Of a DNA stretch of 64,000 nt, positions 61,634 through 64,000 are shown in pieces (position 1 is the stretch's first letter; each line of letters begins with the position of its first letter). Below the pieces are notes generated by a model. That model did not search any database and had not been told where the DNA came from. It saw nothing but the letters and a program-made list of their open reading frames with translations. The position numbers were made by a program, and so were the translations under genes. The DNA is from Desulfatiglandales bacterium (GTDB lineage Bacteria > Desulfobacterota > DSM-4660 > Desulfatiglandales > B25-G16), in NCBI GenBank assembly GCA_035527895.1, contig DATKZQ010000017.1, positions 3,588 to 67,587 on the forward strand, in the 5' to 3' direction.

Positions 61634-62764
61634 ATGATGATAGCAATCGAGAGAGCAGATACGAGCAACAGAGCTCAGGTTCGGCGCTTTATTGAATTTC
61701 CTTTTCGGCTCTATGATCGACATCCACAATGGGTTCCGCCTATACGCAGCGATGTAGCCCTCATGCTCAACCCCAAAAAGCACCCGTTCTACGAGCACTC
61801 TACGGCCGATTTCTTTTTCGCTGTAAGGGACGGCAGGGACGTGGGGCGGATTGCTGCGCTGGAGAATCGTAACTCTAACCGCTATCATGATATACGAATA
61901 GCACAGTTTTACCTATTTGAGTGTGAGGATGACAGAGAAGCCGCCGGAGCCCTATTTCAAAGAGTATTCGAATGGGCCAAGGAGCGTAACTTGGACACCG
62001 TGGTCGGCCCCAAGGGATTCAGCCCCTTTGACGGCTACGGCCTCTTGCAGGAGGGCTTTGAACATCGGCAAATGATGAACATGATGAACTACAACTACGA
62101 ATACTACCTTCGCCTGATGGAGGAAAACGGATTCAAGAAGGAGGTCGATTTTGTATCACACTTCGTCTCCCCGGAAGAGGTCCGACTGCCTGATCGTGTT
62201 TATAGTATTGCCGAGCGGGCCAAAAGACGCCACCGATTGGAGGTCATCCGATTCAATACGAAGCGAGAGTTGCGCAGGTGGGCTGGAAAAATCGGCACGT
62301 CCTATAACCGTGCTTTCGTAAAGAATTGGGAATACGTACCTCTAACCGAACGAGAAATAGCATTCGTTGTTGACACCATTATGCTGGTCGCCAATCCAAA
62401 GCTCATTAAGATCATCGCACGAGACGGCGATGTGGTCGGCTTCGCCTTTGGATGGCCGGACGTTTCTGCGGCAATGCAGCGTTGTAAAGGAAGGCTGTTT
62501 CCATTCGGGATTATTGACTTGCTGTTAGAGATGCGCCGCACATCATGGATATCCGGCAACGGGATGGGAATCCTTCCGGAGTTTCAGGGACGAGGCGGCA
62601 ACGCATTGCTGTACGTAGAAATGGAAAAAACAGTGCGTGATTATGGCTTCAAATACCATGAGATGACCCAGATCGCCGAGACCGCTGTCCAGATGCGTAA
62701 AGACCTGGAGACGCTGGGCGGAAAACCGTATAAGAACCACCGGGTGTTTACAAGGACTCTCTGA
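61634..62764 (+). CDS. GNAT-like acyl-CoA N-acyltransferase family protein (function unknown)
   Basis: A 376-aa protein containing FIEFPFRLYDRHPQWVPPIRSDV and ILPEFQGRGGNALLY. Confidence 0.5.
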   Translation: MMIAIERADTSNRAQVRRFIEFPFRLYDRHPQWVPPIRSDVALMLNPKKHPFYEHSTADFFFAVRDGRDVGRIAALENRNSNRYHDIRIAQFYLFECEDDREAAGALFQRVFEWAKERNLDTVVGPKGFSPFDGYGLLQEGFEHRQMMNMMNYNYEYYLRLMEENGFKKEVDFVSHFVSPEEVRLPDRVYSIAERAKRRHRLEVIRFNTKRELRRWAGKIGTSYNRAFVKNWEYVPLTEREIAFVVDTIMLVANPKLIKIIARDGDVVGFAFGWPDVSAAMQRCKGRLFPFGIIDLLLEMRRTSWISGNGMGILPEFQGRGGNALLYVEMEKTVRDYGFKYHEMTQIAETAVQMRKDLETLGGKPYKNHRVFTRTL

Positions 62765-62885
62765 GTCCCGGGGCGGGTGATGCTACGATGGCAGGGGCAC
62801 CACCCTTTTAGACTGGGCTGTCACATTAGCACCTGACCCCGGCGCTTCGCTTCAGGGTTATACATGAAAGAAACGGTATGGTGAG

Positions 62886-63059
62886 CATGGAGATATCTTT
62901 TTTGCTCTGCCCTCCCAACAAGGCCCCGTACAGGGCCGTTTCAAACCGACGCACCTCCCCATAAGCCTTAGCACTAAGGTACCAGCCTGTGTGCGCCGTT
63001 TTGAAACGCCCACTCCTCTGAACCATGAGAGGACAGAGTCAAAAAAAGACATCTCCATG
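62886..63059 (-). repeat. Second copy of the 175-bp long-hairpin element, inverted relative to 33544..33718
   Basis: The reverse complement aligns over the whole length with copy 1. The terminal stem changes are compensatory: CATGGAGATGTC/GATATCTCCATG here against CATGGGGGTATC/GATACCCCCATG in copy 1. Confidence 0.8.
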
Positions 63060-63137
63060 CTATGGTATCGTTAGTTTCTTAGGAGAAAGGACTTCCCGAT
63101 AGCGGCAGCATGACCGTTCGGACTCTCTTGGCCGGTC

Positions 63138-64000
63138 TCAGCTTTGGTCATCCATGGCGATGGTCTTATAGGGATTGCTGCAAGGGGGCCCTTCGGTATA
63201 GAGCATCTTCCCTTCCGACAGATCCATGATCGTTGAGCACAGCGTCTCCCACTGATCGATAAGCTCGTACCGCTCGTCTCGATGCCGACAGATGGAATTG
63301 GGGTGACCGAAGTGATCTGTCAACACCTCTTTGATTGTATCCCATCCGAGCCTTCCCTTCCTCTCATCGAAAAGCCGGAAAGCCCGGTTGCTGCGGAATA
63401 TGGTGTCCGGGAGCGTGCTTTTACCCGTGTCTCTGACCCGGAGGTTTGGAGATTGGAAATGGTTGGCATGGGTGAGAATACCGCCCTCGGGGTAGAGGAA
63501 TAACACGTCGTTAGGGGTGTTTTCTGCATCAATTGCCTCCCCCTCTCTATGGGCAATCACCATATTCATGGAGTTAGGCCCCACAAAGGTCAAAAGCATT
63601 TTAAGGCAGTCTGGCAGGTTTGTCGAGTTGAGTGCGGCTCTGAGTTTAATGAGGAACGGCAAGCCAAGCTTGAAGGTATCAGTCTCACACCGAATGTAGT
63701 TTATGCACACGCCCATGCCTGCTGAGTTGAAACCTCGATGGCCGATTGTTCCCGCCTCAGCGTGCATGATGATATCGGGTTTGTCCTTCTGGTGGAGCTT
63801 CAAGATTATGCACGAGTTTTCTGCTTCGGCACGCCAATCCCAATTCTGGCCAATGTACATGTGTTGGTTCTGTGTAGCTTCCGGAAGGAGGGCAAAGGAG
63901 GTGCATCCTTCCAGGGTCGAGTTTTGCATAGCATTTGGAAGGCATGCGAAGGTCACCTCTGTTCTCGCATTGAGGGATAAGATCTCCTCGAACCTCAAGC
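63138..64000 (-). CDS. C45-family (acyl-CoA:6-APA acyltransferase-like) peptidase/acyltransferase; 5' end probably outside the window
   Basis: EGCTSFALLPEAT is the candidate nucleophile Cys, with YIGQNWDW. The ORF runs to the window edge. Confidence 0.6.
   Translation of the reverse strand, partial: LRFEEILSLNARTEVTFACLPNAMQNSTLEGCTSFALLPEATQNQHMYIGQNWDWRAEAENSCIILKLHQKDKPDIIMHAEAGTIGHRGFNSAGMGVCINYIRCETDTFKLGLPFLIKLRAALNSTNLPDCLKMLLTFVGPNSMNMVIAHREGEAIDAENTPNDVLFLYPEGGILTHANHFQSPNLRVRDTGKSTLPDTIFRSNRAFRLFDERKGRLGWDTIKEVLTDHFGHPNSICRHRDERYELIDQWETLCSTIMDLSEGKMLYTEGPPCSNPYKTIAMDDQS

Overview
This 64-kb chromosomal segment has gene content that suggests an anaerobic Desulfobacterota/deltaproteobacterium-like organism; that assignment is inference only.

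- **1-21 kb:** Two TRAP transporter operons, an M50 protease and a BrnT/BrnA toxin-antitoxin pair sit in a mosaic of repeats. The repeats are a ~155-bp duplicated sigma-54 promoter module, a ~350-bp structured repeat (2 full and 1 partial copy), a REP-like hairpin cluster and two decayed Y1-transposase fragments.
- **14.6-21 kb:** An IS256-family element truncates a degenerate integron. The integron has 4 recognisable attC sites, a candidate attI and only the first ~70 codons of intI. Its 5 minus-strand cassettes encode a PD-(D/E)xK nuclease fragment, a membrane protein, a SEC-C protein, a TIR-domain protein, and an HNH protein plus partner.
- **21.3-27.8 kb:** SiaB/SiaC/SiaA-like partner-switch genes are wired to a 464-aa SAM-methyltransferase fusion and a hybrid histidine kinase.
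- **28-36 kb:** A housekeeping block holds an RNase H-like exonuclease, an MBL hydrolase, alaS, recA, thpR, cinA and pgpA.
- **36.4-55.8 kb:** A dense sulfur/Fe-S/Moco-trafficking supercluster.
  - Its genes are nadA, 2x fdhD, C-type mnmA, nifS/iscS, larE-like, an ABC system with a Cys-tailed protein, cysE, the NIL-ferredoxin + COG1900 homocysteine genes, TusA, 2x MoeB/ThiF, MoaD/ThiS, CutA, MOSC, Rrf2, XRE/Cys-rich regulators and NRAMP.
  - One small secreted HMA-like gene lies at its left edge and a paralogue lies inside it next to the second fdhD module. Each carries one conserved in-frame TGA followed by a conserved hairpin, making them candidate selenoproteins.
- **55.9-64 kb:** An Spt-like alpha-oxoamine synthase, an SDR, an acyltransferase, DedA, a CDP-alcohol phosphatidyltransferase, and GNAT-like and C45 genes form a possible sphingolipid-type lipid cluster.

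No rRNA, tRNA or CRISPR array was recognised. All family assignments come from reading the translations by eye, without database searches.
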